In this document: piece by piece, positions 8,764 through 19,123 of the stretch
Layout of the letters: each line of letters begins with the position of its first letter
Numbering within the stretch: position 1 is the stretch's first letter
Source of the DNA: Akkermansiaceae bacterium
GTDB lineage: Bacteria > Verrucomicrobiota > Verrucomicrobiia > Verrucomicrobiales > Akkermansiaceae
NCBI GenBank assembly: GCA_030725745.1
Contig: JANRFH010000016.1
Location: 8,711-72,710, forward strand
Direction of reading: 5' to 3'
DNA: 64,000 nucleotides
Translations under genes and position numbers: made by a program
Notes under the pieces: generated by a model
The model's input: the letters and a program-made list of their open reading frames with translations, nothing else
The model's database searches: none
Told to the model about the DNA's origin: nothing

Positions 8764-10356
8764 TCAATTTCCAAACTTGATGCGCAGGCAGCTGGCGTGC
8801 GGGGTGGGAGCTTCTGCGGGGAGCGTGACGACAAGTCCGGTGTCGGTTTGTTTGAAGTCGAGGGCGGAACCACCGAGCAAGTCCACTGACACCACTGCAC
8901 GTTTTTCATTCGGGTTTCCGAGGGCGAGCGATTTGATGGTAATGGATTTTTCCGGCCACTCCATGAGGAAGGCATAGACGGCGTTGTCGCGGGTGGTGAA
9001 GCGGATGTCCTCGGTGGTGTAGCCTTTCTGTTTGTGCTCCTGGTGAGCGCCTTCGGCATTGGTGGTGGATCCTTCACCGAAGGTTTTCCACGGGCGGGAG
9101 GAGTAAATGCCTTCGCCGTTGGTTTCGAGCCAGGTGCCGATTTCACGGAGCATCGCCTGTTCCTCGTCCGGGATGGTGCCGTCTGGCTTGGGGCCGATGT
9201 TGAGCAGCATGACGCCGTTTTTGGAAACGATGTCGATGAGGTCATCGACCATCACGTTGACGGGTTTGTATTTGTGGTTGGTGACATAGCCCCAGCTCGT
9301 GTAGCTGACGGAGGTGTCTGTCTGCCAGAGCTCCGGGCGAATGCCGGCGAGCTTGCCGCGTTCGATATCGAGCATGGCTTCACCGTCCTCGTAGGCGTTC
9401 CATTTGTAGTTGATGGCGATTTCCTGGCCGGTTTTGGCGGCTTGGTTGTAGTAGTAGGCCGCGAACTTCTGGTTGAGCGCGTAGTGGTCGTTGCCTTCGG
9501 TGGTGCCGTTCTTGTCGCGGCCGATTCCGAAGTCGAACCAGATGACATCCGGCTTGTAGCGGTCGACAAGATCGGCGGTGCGGGCGAGCCAGTCGTCGCG
9601 GAATTTCTCGTCGGAGACCCAGGTGTGTCTGTGGTTTCCTTGGAAGATTTCATCGCCTTTGCCGGGGTAGAGGTAGGGTTGATCCGGGCTATAGAGATCG
9701 AAGAACTCCGGGTTGGTGTTGTCTGCACCTTCGGTGCGGAAGAAGTAGGCCCAGTTGAAGGCGCGGTGGCTGGAGACGGCGAATTTCAGGTCTTCGGCTT
9801 TGATGGCTTCTGAGAGTTCGGCGATGATGTCGCGCTTGGGGCCGAGCTGAACGGAGTCCCAGCGGGTGAAAGGGTTGTCATAGAGCGAGAAGCCGTCGTG
9901 GTGTTCAGCGACTGGCATGACGTATTTCGCGCCGGATTCCTTGAAGAGTTTTGCCCAAGCAGTGGCGTCGAAGTTCTCGGCCTTGAACATGGGAATGAAA
10001 TCCTTGTAGCCGAACTCGGAGACAGGGCCGTAGGTTTTCTGGTGGAATTCGTATTCCGGAGTGCCGGGTTTATACATATTGCGAGGATACCATTCGCTGC
10101 CGAAGGCGGGTACGGAGTAGACGCCCCAGTGGATGAAGATCCCGAACTTGGCATCCGCATACCATTCCGGGATGCCGATTTTTCTGAGCGATTCGGCATT
10201 CGGTTTGAAGGGGCCTGCGGCGATGACTTCGTCGACTTCCTTGATTTTGGCAGCGATGAGGGCGTCGTGTTCCTCGGCGGGGATCTGTGGAGGAAACTCG
10301 GCGGCACTTAATGAGGCGGGCAGAGTGGCGAGTAGGAAACAAAGAGCGTTTTTCAT
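8764..10356 (-). CDS. GH29 alpha-L-fucosidase family enzyme (possible alpha-L-galactosidase), secreted
   Basis: A signal peptide MKNALCFLLATLPASLSAAE is followed by the GH29 blocks FGIFIHWGVYSVPAFGSEWY and VAEHHDGFSLYD. Confidence 0.85.
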   Translation of the reverse strand: MKNALCFLLATLPASLSAAEFPPQIPAEEHDALIAAKIKEVDEVIAAGPFKPNAESLRKIGIPEWYADAKFGIFIHWGVYSVPAFGSEWYPRNMYKPGTPEYEFHQKTYGPVSEFGYKDFIPMFKAENFDATAWAKLFKESGAKYVMPVAEHHDGFSLYDNPFTRWDSVQLGPKRDIIAELSEAIKAEDLKFAVSSHRAFNWAYFFRTEGADNTNPEFFDLYSPDQPYLYPGKGDEIFQGNHRHTWVSDEKFRDDWLARTADLVDRYKPDVIWFDFGIGRDKNGTTEGNDHYALNQKFAAYYYNQAAKTGQEIAINYKWNAYEDGEAMLDIERGKLAGIRPELWQTDTSVSYTSWGYVTNHKYKPVNVMVDDLIDIVSKNGVMLLNIGPKPDGTIPDEEQAMLREIGTWLETNGEGIYSSRPWKTFGEGSTTNAEGAHQEHKQKGYTTEDIRFTTRDNAVYAFLMEWPEKSITIKSLALGNPNEKRAVVSVDLLGGSALDFKQTDTGLVVTLPAEAPTPHASCLRIKFGN

Positions 10357-10432
10357 AATATTAAGGTTTGATTGGTTAGACGAAGTTTGTGGGGATGAGA
10401 GTGAGGAAATATGTGGGGTTTCTTGAAGTGAT

Positions 10433-12055
10433 TTAGCGAGGCTTCGCGTTTCGCGGGAGGGGGAGGGTGGCCGGGTGTTGGTCGGCGGGGCCTTTGGCGA
10501 CGGCGACCATGCGGCGGCATTCCTGGCGGAGGATTTCTAGGATTTCGGCGTGTTCGGTTTTTGAGGCGAGATTCACGTTTTCAAATGGATCGCTCTCGAG
10601 GTCGAAGAGTTCCTCGTAGACGGGTTGTTCACCGCGGATGGTGGAGGTGAGCCAATCGTTGTAGCGGTTCGCTTGATCGGGTGAAACCTTGTATTTGTCT
10701 TCGTCCGCGATGTTTTCCCAAGGGGTGTGGTCGTTCTTGAAGTAGCGATTGTACTTCCAGCGGGAGTTTCTAACGGTCTCGATTCGTGGGTTCCCGAAGA
10801 GGGTGGACCAGAGGTTTTCGGCGAAGGCAAAAGTGCGCCAGTCCGGGGCGGGTTCTCCATGGATCAGGCGGAGGTAGGACTCTCCCTGCATGGTGTCGGC
10901 GGGTGGGGCGACTGCCAGATCCAACAAGGTGGGGGCGAGGTCGATGGATTGGACTAGCTCCGAGATCCTCGCACCATGGCGTGCTGCGGGCAGGCGGGGA
11001 TCGAGCACGATCAAGGGAACGTCGAGGCAGGCAGCGTAGTTGAGCGCCTTTCCACCGAGGCCGTGATCGCCATGGAGAAGGCCGTGATCGGAAGTGACGA
11101 TGATGATGGTGTTGTCGTCGAGGTTTGATGCTTTGAGCGAATCGCGGATGTGACCGATCATTTGGTCGATTCCGGTGATGGTTTCGTATTCGCGGACCAT
11201 GAGTTCGCGGAGGTCGGGGTCGTTGTCGCTGTTGTCGTAGATGTCCTGGCGGTACTGGGTGTAGAGGACATCTTCGGGGAGTTTGGGGGTCTCGATGTCG
11301 GCTTTTGCGATGTAGGTTGACGGGAATTTGATCTGATCCATCTCGTCCCGATAGCCGGTGCGATACAGCTCGGGGTCGGTGGGGAGCATCTTCATGCTCA
11401 GGGTGCCGGCACCGTGGGGGACGTTGAGGCAGATGGAGAGGCAGAAGGGTTTGTCTGCTGGGCGGGATTTGAGGAAAGATAGAGCGCCGTCGATGTAGGA
11501 GCCGTCGTTTTTCAGAAATGAAAGCGCGCCTTCGGTGACGACCTCTACCTGCGTGTCGGCGGGGTTGTTATTGAAAATCTCGTGGACATTCTTCGGGTAG
11601 AAACTGAGGTGGCCGTGGCCAGCATACCAGAAGTCGAAGGATTTCTCCATGATACCGCTTTCATATCCTTGCGAGCCGATGGGGACGTGGTTCTTGCCGA
11701 CGTAGCCGGTGTAGTAACCGCTTTCCCGGAGCAGGACAGGGTAGGACTTCTCCCAAGCTTCCGGAGCCATGGTGGTTCCTGAATTGAAGTTGATGCTGTG
11801 GCGACGCTCGTATTGACCGAGGAAATAACAGGCGCGGCTGGGAGTGCAGATGGCGGAGGTGACGGTGGCGTTATCAAAGACGACGCCTTCTGCTGCGAGC
11901 TTGTCGATCTCCGGAGTTTTGACGAAGGTGTCGCCATAACAGGGGAGAGAGTCCTTGCGCTGGTCGTCGGTGAGGATGAAGACGATGTTAGGGCGCGGCG
12001 CGGCGTGGATTGCCATAGACGCCGCTGCAAGGAGGAGAAGAGGGCGGGGGATCAT
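10433..12055 (-). CDS. Sulfatase (S1 family, Cys-type formylglycine)
   Basis: PNIVFILTDDQ and the CTPSRACYFLG (C-x-P-x-R) motif follow a signal peptide. The 4-bp ATGA overlap with the upstream GH2 gene suggests translational coupling. Confidence 0.9.
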   Translation of the reverse strand: MIPRPLLLLAAASMAIHAAPRPNIVFILTDDQRKDSLPCYGDTFVKTPEIDKLAAEGVVFDNATVTSAICTPSRACYFLGQYERRHSINFNSGTTMAPEAWEKSYPVLLRESGYYTGYVGKNHVPIGSQGYESGIMEKSFDFWYAGHGHLSFYPKNVHEIFNNNPADTQVEVVTEGALSFLKNDGSYIDGALSFLKSRPADKPFCLSICLNVPHGAGTLSMKMLPTDPELYRTGYRDEMDQIKFPSTYIAKADIETPKLPEDVLYTQYRQDIYDNSDNDPDLRELMVREYETITGIDQMIGHIRDSLKASNLDDNTIIIVTSDHGLLHGDHGLGGKALNYAACLDVPLIVLDPRLPAARHGARISELVQSIDLAPTLLDLAVAPPADTMQGESYLRLIHGEPAPDWRTFAFAENLWSTLFGNPRIETVRNSRWKYNRYFKNDHTPWENIADEDKYKVSPDQANRYNDWLTSTIRGEQPVYEELFDLESDPFENVNLASKTEHAEILEILRQECRRMVAVAKGPADQHPATLPLPRNAKPR

Positions 12056-14517
12056 TTCGCTTCAATCTCGATCTGGGTTTGGGCGAGACCTTCGGAGTTT
12101 GCTTCGAGAGTAATGGTGCCGGGTTTATCCTCAAGACTGCGGATCACGACGAGGGCCATGCCGCTGAACGCCTTACGTTGGTTTCCTTGGAAGGATTCCA
12201 GACTAGTGGCATCGCCATTGTCGACGGCGACGATTTCGCCGGGGCCGTCGATAGTGAACGTAACGTTGTTGTCTGCGAGCGGGCAGAAGTTGCCGTCTTT
12301 GTCGGTGATTTTTACGGTAACGAAGGAGAGATCCGCGCCATCCGCACCGATGGTGGGTCGGTCTGCGGAGAGGTGGGTGCCGGCGGGGCTGCCTGAGGTG
12401 ACGCGGATGTCCTCGGCGATGGCTTTTCCGTCCTGATAGGCGACGGTTTTCAGCTCGCCTGGAGCGAAGGGCACATCCCAACGCAGGCGGTAGGGGGTGT
12501 TGTAATCGCCCTCTGTCCAGTTGTTGAAGGCGACCTTGATGGGTGTGGTGTCTTTGCCCTTGGCCTTGCGGCCGAGGGATTTCCCGTTGAGGAAAAGTTC
12601 GGCCTCGGCGGCATTGGTGTAGACGTAGACGGGGATGGTTTCGACTTCGTGATCCTGCCAGTTCCAGTGCGGCAGGACGTGAACCATGGGGTTGTCTTTT
12701 ACATCGGTCCATTGCGACTGATAGAGGAAGAAACGGTCTTTTGGGAATCCGCAGAGATCGACGGCACCGAAGTAGGACGAGCGTGACGGCCAGTCGTCAT
12801 TCCAGTAGCCGTTGGTCGAGTTGTCGCGGCCGCCGTAGGGTGTGGGCTCGCCGAGGTAGTCGAAGCCAGTCCAGATGAACTCACCGAGGACGTTCGGGTT
12901 TTCCTCCAGGGAACGAAACTCGATATCCGGCGGATAGGCCCATACGGGGCCGATAAGGTCGTAGGAAGTGACCTGTTTGGACGGGTGTTTTTCGTATTTC
13001 TCGATGGGCAGGTGATAGACGCCGCGTGAGGAGACGCAGGATGAAGTCTCGGAGCCGAGAATGTTCCAATCCGGATGTGCGGCGGTGACTTCCGAGTAGT
13101 TGAGAGGTTTGTAGTTGAAACCTGGGATATCGACTTCTGCTGCGAGGCCGTGGTTTACAGAGGCTGGGTAGTAGTTAAAACCGGCGGAGGTGAGGCGAGT
13201 GGGATCCTCATCTTTGGAGATGCGGTGGAGGTGTTGAGCGAGTTTCCAACCATCCTTTTTCGACTGTTCGAGGATCTCGTTGCCGATGGACCACATGATG
13301 ACTGAAGGATGATTACGGTCGCGGCGGATCATGTCGCGCAGGTCGCGCTCGTGCCAGGCATCGAAGAATTTGTTATAGCCGTTTTCGATTTTTGGCATCT
13401 GCCAGCAATCGAAGGCCTCCACCTGGACGAGTAGACCCATTTTGTCGCAAAATTCAAGCTGTTCGGGTGAGGGCGGGTTGTGGGATGTGCGGATCGCATT
13501 GACGCCCATGGATTTCATGATTTCCAGCTGGCGTTCGGTGGCGCGGCGATTGACGGCAGCTCCTAGAGCTCCGAGGTCATGATGCATGCAAACGCCCTTG
13601 AGTCGGACGTGTCGGCCATTGAGAAGGAGGCCGGTGCCGGGTGTGTATTCGACGGTGCGGATGCCGAAGGGCGTCTCGGTGCGGTCAATTTCCTTTTCCC
13701 CATCAAGAATGCGTGTGACGGCAGTGTAGAGCACCGGAGTGTCGAGATCCCAGCGTTGTGGATTGGCAACTTGTAGGTTGTGGCTAACGGGGAGGGTTTC
13801 TCCCGGATGGATGGCAAGGAGCGAGGATTCTTCGGCGACCTGTTTCCCGGAAGAGTCGAGCAACTGCGTTTGGATTTGAAATTCTGCCTGCGAGCTGCCG
13901 GAGTGGGTGATCTGGTTATCCACATTCACATCGGCCGAGGCTTCGCTGACGACCGGGGTGGTGACGAAGGTGCCCCAGTGGGCGACGTGAGTGAGCGACT
14001 TGGTTTCGAGCCATGTGTTCCGATAGATGCCGGCACCGGGGTACCAGCGTGAGGAGAGATCCTCGGGGGTGAGGCGGACGACGAGGGTGTTTTCAGCGCC
14101 GGGTTTGAGATGTGATGTGAGGTCGAACTGGAACCCAATGTAGCCGAAAGGGCGGGAGCCGAGGTGGTGACCGTTGATCCAGACGTGGGCATTATACATC
14201 GCGCCGTCGAACTCGATGGTGACGAGCTGATCTTTAAGGTCTGCGGGCGCGGTGAAAGTTTTCCGATACCAGCCTGTGCCGTGGAAGGGTAGTCCGCCGC
14301 TGCGGGCGTTGTATTTGATATCGAAGGGGCCTTCGATCGCCCAATCATGCGGCAGATTCAGCGTGCGCCATTCGGAATCGTCGAATTCTACGGATTCGGC
14401 ACCGGGGGCGTCGCCTTTTTGGAAAGTCCATCCCTTGTTGAATGACTCGCGGGTGCGGGCGTTCGCGATGAGAGGTAGTGATACCAGGGCTAGAAAGAGG
14501 GCTTTTTTGATGATCAT
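12052..14517 (-). CDS. GH2 beta-galactosidase-like glycoside hydrolase (paralogue 1)
   Basis: FNKGWTFQKGD...WRTLNLPHDWAIEGPF and the acid/base block NHPSVIMWSIGNEI are present in an 821-aa ORF with a signal peptide. Confidence 0.9.
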   Translation of the reverse strand: MIIKKALFLALVSLPLIANARTRESFNKGWTFQKGDAPGAESVEFDDSEWRTLNLPHDWAIEGPFDIKYNARSGGLPFHGTGWYRKTFTAPADLKDQLVTIEFDGAMYNAHVWINGHHLGSRPFGYIGFQFDLTSHLKPGAENTLVVRLTPEDLSSRWYPGAGIYRNTWLETKSLTHVAHWGTFVTTPVVSEASADVNVDNQITHSGSSQAEFQIQTQLLDSSGKQVAEESSLLAIHPGETLPVSHNLQVANPQRWDLDTPVLYTAVTRILDGEKEIDRTETPFGIRTVEYTPGTGLLLNGRHVRLKGVCMHHDLGALGAAVNRRATERQLEIMKSMGVNAIRTSHNPPSPEQLEFCDKMGLLVQVEAFDCWQMPKIENGYNKFFDAWHERDLRDMIRRDRNHPSVIMWSIGNEILEQSKKDGWKLAQHLHRISKDEDPTRLTSAGFNYYPASVNHGLAAEVDIPGFNYKPLNYSEVTAAHPDWNILGSETSSCVSSRGVYHLPIEKYEKHPSKQVTSYDLIGPVWAYPPDIEFRSLEENPNVLGEFIWTGFDYLGEPTPYGGRDNSTNGYWNDDWPSRSSYFGAVDLCGFPKDRFFLYQSQWTDVKDNPMVHVLPHWNWQDHEVETIPVYVYTNAAEAELFLNGKSLGRKAKGKDTTPIKVAFNNWTEGDYNTPYRLRWDVPFAPGELKTVAYQDGKAIAEDIRVTSGSPAGTHLSADRPTIGADGADLSFVTVKITDKDGNFCPLADNNVTFTIDGPGEIVAVDNGDATSLESFQGNQRKAFSGMALVVIRSLEDKPGTITLEANSEGLAQTQIEIEAK

Positions 14518-14605
14518 GTGGTTGTTTTTGCGCGCGAGGTTTTTGATAATCTGCTAATGTCTTGAAATTCGTTTTTTTGCAGGAATTACGTGGGTTTCCT
14601 GAATT

Positions 14606-15721
14606 TTAGTAGTGGATTAATTCCAGCTTGAACGGGTAGCGGTGACCGGCGTTCCACTCACCTACGTAGATGTCTCCTTCTGAATCCACATAGAGATCGT
14701 GGACGTGTTTGAAGATGGGGTCTCCCTGGTGAATAGGTTGCAGCACGCCGTCCTGATAGGTGGGTTCGGTGCCGCCGGGTGCGGACAGAACCTTGTTGCT
14801 CTCTCGGTCGAGGATCATCACAAATCCTGAGTTTACCAGCCTCTTGCCGACACCATTTTCCTTGGACCAGCAGACTCCGGTGTAGAGCTTGTCGCCATGA
14901 AATAGCGCCTGTCCGGCAAATGCACCGGGAAGTTCGATGGTCTCCAGAAGTTTTCCCTCGATTGTGAAAGCCTTGAGCTTGTTCTCACTTCGCGAGCTCA
15001 CCCAGACCTTCAGCTGCGCAGGATCGCTGGTGTCGATGGAGATGCCGTGGGCGTTTTCTAGATTTTCGGGCTTTCCGGGTTTCTTTCCACCCCATACCCG
15101 AACCAGTGTGCCATCCGGCTTGAAGTGCAGAATGCGGTCGGTGCTGTAGCCGTCTGCCACTAGGATGTCGTTGTCCGGTGTGACCGCGACGTCACATGGC
15201 ATGTAACGGGTTTTCTCATCGATGTGTCCCAAGTCGTGCGGGGACGGGAGAGTGCGTAAAATCGTGCCGTCCTTGGCCATGATACGGATGGCACCGTTGG
15301 TAGGTGATTGATTTCCTTCGCTGTCTACCGGCCATCCGCAATCGACGTGAATCAGATACTCGACGCCATCGAGGCGAATGAGATCCACGCCATGACCTCC
15401 GGGAATCCCTTCGCCGAAGCTACGCACAAAGGTTCCGTCCTTTTCATAAACGAGAAACGCGTTTTTCGGGTGATCCGTCACTAGATAAAGCTGACCTTTT
15501 TCGTCTTCGATCATCGCGTGGGCGTTGTGCACCGGTGCCTTGTCCGGATTAGCCTTGCTCCAGTTCCGGATTACCCGGTAGCGGAGTTCACCGTGGCCGA
15601 TGATGTCTGGAAGCTGGGCAGAGGCTTCAGCCGGAGCGTCAGAGGAGATCAAATGATCGGGATGTGCCTGTAGCCAGGAGGTGGTCAGGGAGAAAAGAAG
15701 GATGGTGATATGAGTTTTCAT
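14606..15721 (-). CDS. Secreted 6-bladed beta-propeller (NHL / peptidyl-hydroxyglycine-lyase-like) protein
   Basis: Repeated beta-strand-rich blades are visible (LYLVTDHPKN, ILVADGYSTDRILHF, DIYVGEWN). The signal peptide is MKTHITILLFSLTTSWLQA, and the start is trimmed to the ATG complement at 15719-15721. The family assignment is from recollection. Confidence 0.55.
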   Translation of the reverse strand: MKTHITILLFSLTTSWLQAHPDHLISSDAPAEASAQLPDIIGHGELRYRVIRNWSKANPDKAPVHNAHAMIEDEKGQLYLVTDHPKNAFLVYEKDGTFVRSFGEGIPGGHGVDLIRLDGVEYLIHVDCGWPVDSEGNQSPTNGAIRIMAKDGTILRTLPSPHDLGHIDEKTRYMPCDVAVTPDNDILVADGYSTDRILHFKPDGTLVRVWGGKKPGKPENLENAHGISIDTSDPAQLKVWVSSRSENKLKAFTIEGKLLETIELPGAFAGQALFHGDKLYTGVCWSKENGVGKRLVNSGFVMILDRESNKVLSAPGGTEPTYQDGVLQPIHQGDPIFKHVHDLYVDSEGDIYVGEWNAGHRYPFKLELIHY

Positions 15722-15837
15722 AGGAGGGGCTGGCGGAAACACTTCATGCATTTCATCAAGCCATGAGAGGCGTTGCGCGACATTCGGTGATGATCTGTTA
15801 ACGTCGCGTGATCGAAGAATATTCCCTAAAGTAAAGA

Positions 15838-15847
15838 TTGTCTACAA
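15838..15847. promoter_or_regulatory. Candidate GntR-type operator TTGTCTACAA in a divergent promoter region
   Basis: ATTGT-CT-ACAAT has palindromic arms. It lies in the 258-bp gap between the propeller-GH2-sulfatase-GH29 operon (-) and the PSCyt gene (+). It has the same TGT-NN-ACA core as four sites near the GntR genes. Confidence 0.4.
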
Positions 15848-15979
15848 TATTGGTTGAATTAGGCGCGTATCCATTGATGCTCTCAGAGTGATTTACGACC
15901 ATCATAAGGATTTGATGCGTAATAGCTCCGAGTGAGACATTTCCACTAATAGTGGTTTTCCCAAAATATTCGAAGTCCG

Positions 15980-18900
15980 ATGAGTTCCAGAGTTTCCGTC
16001 ATAATCTCCAGTTTTGTAATATTGGCTCCCATGCTCGTGGCCGAAGAGGAGATCTCATTCAACCGGGATATCCGACCAATCCTTTCCGACCGATGTTTCA
16101 AGTGTCACGGGCCGGATGCGGAGAACCAGAAATCCGATTTTCGTCTCGATACCGAGAAGCACGCCCACGCGGATCTGGGTGGTTATTTCGGCATCGTGCC
16201 GGGGAATCTTGAGAAAAGCGAAGTTCACCACCTCATCCACACTGACGATGAGGATGAAGTGATGCCGCCGAAGGATTCAAATTTGAGCCTTAGTGCGCAC
16301 GAGAAGAAGTTGTTGGATTCGTGGATCAAGCAGGGTGCCAAGTTTGAAAAACACTGGTCGCTCAAGCCGCTGCCTCAGAATGTCCCGGTTCCGGAGAAGA
16401 TATCGGATTGGTCGAGAAATGAGATCGACCGCTTCGTGGAGGCCGGATTTGTGAAGCACGATGTGAAAGCTGCGGACGAAATTTCGCCGGAGAAGTGGTT
16501 GCGCCGGGTGAGCTTCGACCTCACCGGACTGCCACCCACTACTGAGGAAATATCCGCATATCTCGCTGACACCTCGCCGGAGGCCAGTGAGAAGGTCGTG
16601 AACCGTCTGCTGGATTCCACCCAATATGCGGAACGAATGACAAGCGAGTGGCTCGATGTCGCCCGCTATTCGGACTCCTATGGCTACCAGCGGGATCGCG
16701 AGCGCTTCGTCTGGCCGTGGCGCGACTGGGTGATCAAGGCGTTTCGCGAAAACATGCCCTATGATCAGTTCGCCACACTTCAGATCGCCGGTGATCTGCT
16801 GCCGGACGCTACCACCGAGACGATTTTACCTACGGCCTTCAACCGCCTTCACGGCCACGAGATGGAAGGTGGTATTGTGCTCGAGGAATACCGCATGGAA
16901 TACATCGCGGATCGTGCCCAAACCTTCAGTTCCGCGTTTCTCGGTCTAACCATGGAGTGCTGCCGTTGCCACGATCACAAATACGATCCGTTGCCGACCC
17001 GTGACTACTACTCGCTGGGCGCGTTCTTCGCGAACATCGAGGAATCCGGCCTTATTTCTTATTTTACTGACGCCACTCCCACACCGGCCATGCCGATTTC
17101 CACACCCGAGGCGGATGCGGAAATGACTGCCGCAGAACCGCAGATCGCTGCGGGTGAAGCCAAGCTCACCGCCCTCCGCAACGCACCGGAAACCCGTATG
17201 GTGTTCGAAAATTGGTTGGGCAAGCGCCCTTCGCTCGACTGGCCGGGTCTGGTGGCCGATCTGTCGTTCGATGTGATTGAGGACGGCAAGTTATTGAACT
17301 CCGTCGCTCCGAATTCACCGGCCACCACTCCACCGGCGAATACCTTGGTTCCTGGGAAAAACGGACAAGCTATCCACTTCACGGGTGACGACCCTTTAAT
17401 ACTCCCGAAAGTCGGTCACTTTTCCCGCGAGCATCCCTACTCGGCATCATTCTGGGCGAGGCCGCACGCGATCACTGCCCGTGAGAATTTTTTTAGCCGC
17501 TCCCACGGTGGGGATGATGCCGCGAGCATCGGCTACGAGTTTTTGCTGCTCGATGGGAAGCCCACCGCCTCGGTGATTCATTTCTGGCCTGGCAACGCCA
17601 TCCGCGTACAGGCAAAGCAGGCGCTCAAGCCCGGCGAATGGCAGCATCTCGCCATGAGCTACGATGGCTCTAGTAAAGCGGCAGGTCTGAGCATCTATTT
17701 GAATGGGGAACCACTTGAATTGGAAATCATCGTCGACCACCTGACTGGCCAGACCACCGAATGGACTATGGACATGAAGGATATTGTGCTCGGCGAGCGC
17801 TACCGCGACCGCGGCTTTATCAATGGGGAAATGGACGACTTCCGATTCTTTGACCGCCGCATCGTGGATGCCGAGGCTCGCCAGCTTTTCGACCAGACCT
17901 ATCTTGCCGATCTGCTTGCCAAAAATGCAGCCGAACTGAGCGAATCAGATCGCGGAGAGTTATATGATTACTTCCTCGCTACCGCGTATGATCCGTATCG
18001 ACTCGCTGCTGGGGAGCTTGCCGCTGCACGCAAGCGTTGGAACGATGCGATGGATCCTCTGCCATCAATCACAATCATGCGCGAGTTGCCCGAGCCGAAG
18101 CCCTCCTTCGTTCTGACACGGGGTGCCTACGACAGCCACGGCGAGCCCGTTACTGCGGACACGCCCACAGCGCTCCCTCCGTTTCCTACTGACCAGCCGA
18201 ACAACCGTCTCGGACTCGCCCGCTGGCTGACACAGCCGGATCATCCGCTTACCGCACGCGTTACGGTGAACCGCTATTGGCAGATGATTTTCGGAAACGG
18301 TATCGTAAGCACGCCGGAAGACTTCGGTAGCCAAGGCAGCCTGCCGACCCACCCTGAGTTGCTCGATTGGCTCGCCCGCGACTTCGTGGAGCACGATTGG
18401 GATCTTCATCACCTGCTTGGCCAGATGGTGCTCTCCTCCACCTACCGCCAGAGTACGGTGACGGATGCCGCTACACGGGAAATGGATCCGGAAAATGCCT
18501 TCCTCTGCCGCGGAAATAACCGTCGTCTCACCGGAGAAATGATCCGTGACAACGCGCTCGCCGTCAGCGGACTACTCGTTGACAAGATCGGCGGCCCACC
18601 GGTAAAGCCCTACGAACTCGCCGTTTCATTCGAGCCACAGGTGCCCGACAAGGGAGACGGCCTTTACCGCCGCAGCCTCTACACGCTCTGGAAGCGCAAT
18701 GCCCCGGCTCCCATGCTCGTCACCTTCGATGCGCCGAAACGCGACGTTTGTAGCCTACGCCGTGCCACCACCACCTCGCCGCTCCAGTCACTCGTCACCC
18801 TCAATGGCCCACAGTTCATCGAAGCCTCGCGAGTGCTCGCCGCGAAGCTCATGCGAACCCATGGAGGCGATCATGAAGCCTTGATCAAGGAAGCGTTTCT

Positions 18901-19123
18901 TATTCTAACAAGCCGCGAGATCCAGGCCGAAGAGGCGACTATCCTTAATGGACTCCACGCCACCCAGCTCGCGGACTTCTCCGCCAACCCCGAACAAGCT
19001 GCCAGTTTGCTTGAAACCGGAGAGGCTCCTGTCCCATCCGATCTACCCTTGGCGGAACTCGCCACTAACACCGTCCTCATCAATACTATGATGAACTTCG
19101 ACGAATCCCTAAACCAGCGATGA
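15980..19123 (+). CDS. PSCyt1 / DUF1549 (PSCyt2) / LamG / DUF1553 (PSD1) multidomain protein
   Basis: The N-terminal planctomycete-type cytochrome c motif is FNRDIRPILSDRCFKCHGPD. The DUF1549-like block is RRVSFDLTGLPPT. A central concanavalin/LamG-like insert (GEWQHLAMSYDG...LYLNGE-type) is present. The DUF1553-like C-terminus is FDAPKRDVCSLRRATTTSPLQSL. Confidence 0.85.
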   Translation: MSSRVSVIISSFVILAPMLVAEEEISFNRDIRPILSDRCFKCHGPDAENQKSDFRLDTEKHAHADLGGYFGIVPGNLEKSEVHHLIHTDDEDEVMPPKDSNLSLSAHEKKLLDSWIKQGAKFEKHWSLKPLPQNVPVPEKISDWSRNEIDRFVEAGFVKHDVKAADEISPEKWLRRVSFDLTGLPPTTEEISAYLADTSPEASEKVVNRLLDSTQYAERMTSEWLDVARYSDSYGYQRDRERFVWPWRDWVIKAFRENMPYDQFATLQIAGDLLPDATTETILPTAFNRLHGHEMEGGIVLEEYRMEYIADRAQTFSSAFLGLTMECCRCHDHKYDPLPTRDYYSLGAFFANIEESGLISYFTDATPTPAMPISTPEADAEMTAAEPQIAAGEAKLTALRNAPETRMVFENWLGKRPSLDWPGLVADLSFDVIEDGKLLNSVAPNSPATTPPANTLVPGKNGQAIHFTGDDPLILPKVGHFSREHPYSASFWARPHAITARENFFSRSHGGDDAASIGYEFLLLDGKPTASVIHFWPGNAIRVQAKQALKPGEWQHLAMSYDGSSKAAGLSIYLNGEPLELEIIVDHLTGQTTEWTMDMKDIVLGERYRDRGFINGEMDDFRFFDRRIVDAEARQLFDQTYLADLLAKNAAELSESDRGELYDYFLATAYDPYRLAAGELAAARKRWNDAMDPLPSITIMRELPEPKPSFVLTRGAYDSHGEPVTADTPTALPPFPTDQPNNRLGLARWLTQPDHPLTARVTVNRYWQMIFGNGIVSTPEDFGSQGSLPTHPELLDWLARDFVEHDWDLHHLLGQMVLSSTYRQSTVTDAATREMDPENAFLCRGNNRRLTGEMIRDNALAVSGLLVDKIGGPPVKPYELAVSFEPQVPDKGDGLYRRSLYTLWKRNAPAPMLVTFDAPKRDVCSLRRATTTSPLQSLVTLNGPQFIEASRVLAAKLMRTHGGDHEALIKEAFLILTSREIQAEEATILNGLHATQLADFSANPEQAASLLETGEAPVPSDLPLAELATNTVLINTMMNFDESLNQR

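Noticed and set aside
9034-9813. A 259-aa ORF on the + strand, antisense to the GH29 gene. Similar long antisense ORFs occur at 11798-12436, 43261-43908, 44392-45252, 23659-24288, 57086-57505 and 62555-63418.
   Set aside because: Their translations are low-complexity, G/V/A/R/E-rich sequences typical of reverse-frame reading of GC-rich genes. They have no recognisable motifs. Each lies entirely inside a gene with strong family signatures on the other strand.
14579-14602. A CAGGAA...TTCCTG hairpin between the propeller gene and the GH2 gene.
   Set aside because: For the minus-strand operon the stem is followed by an A-run, not a T-run, and it sits inside an apparent operon. It is not a convincing terminator.
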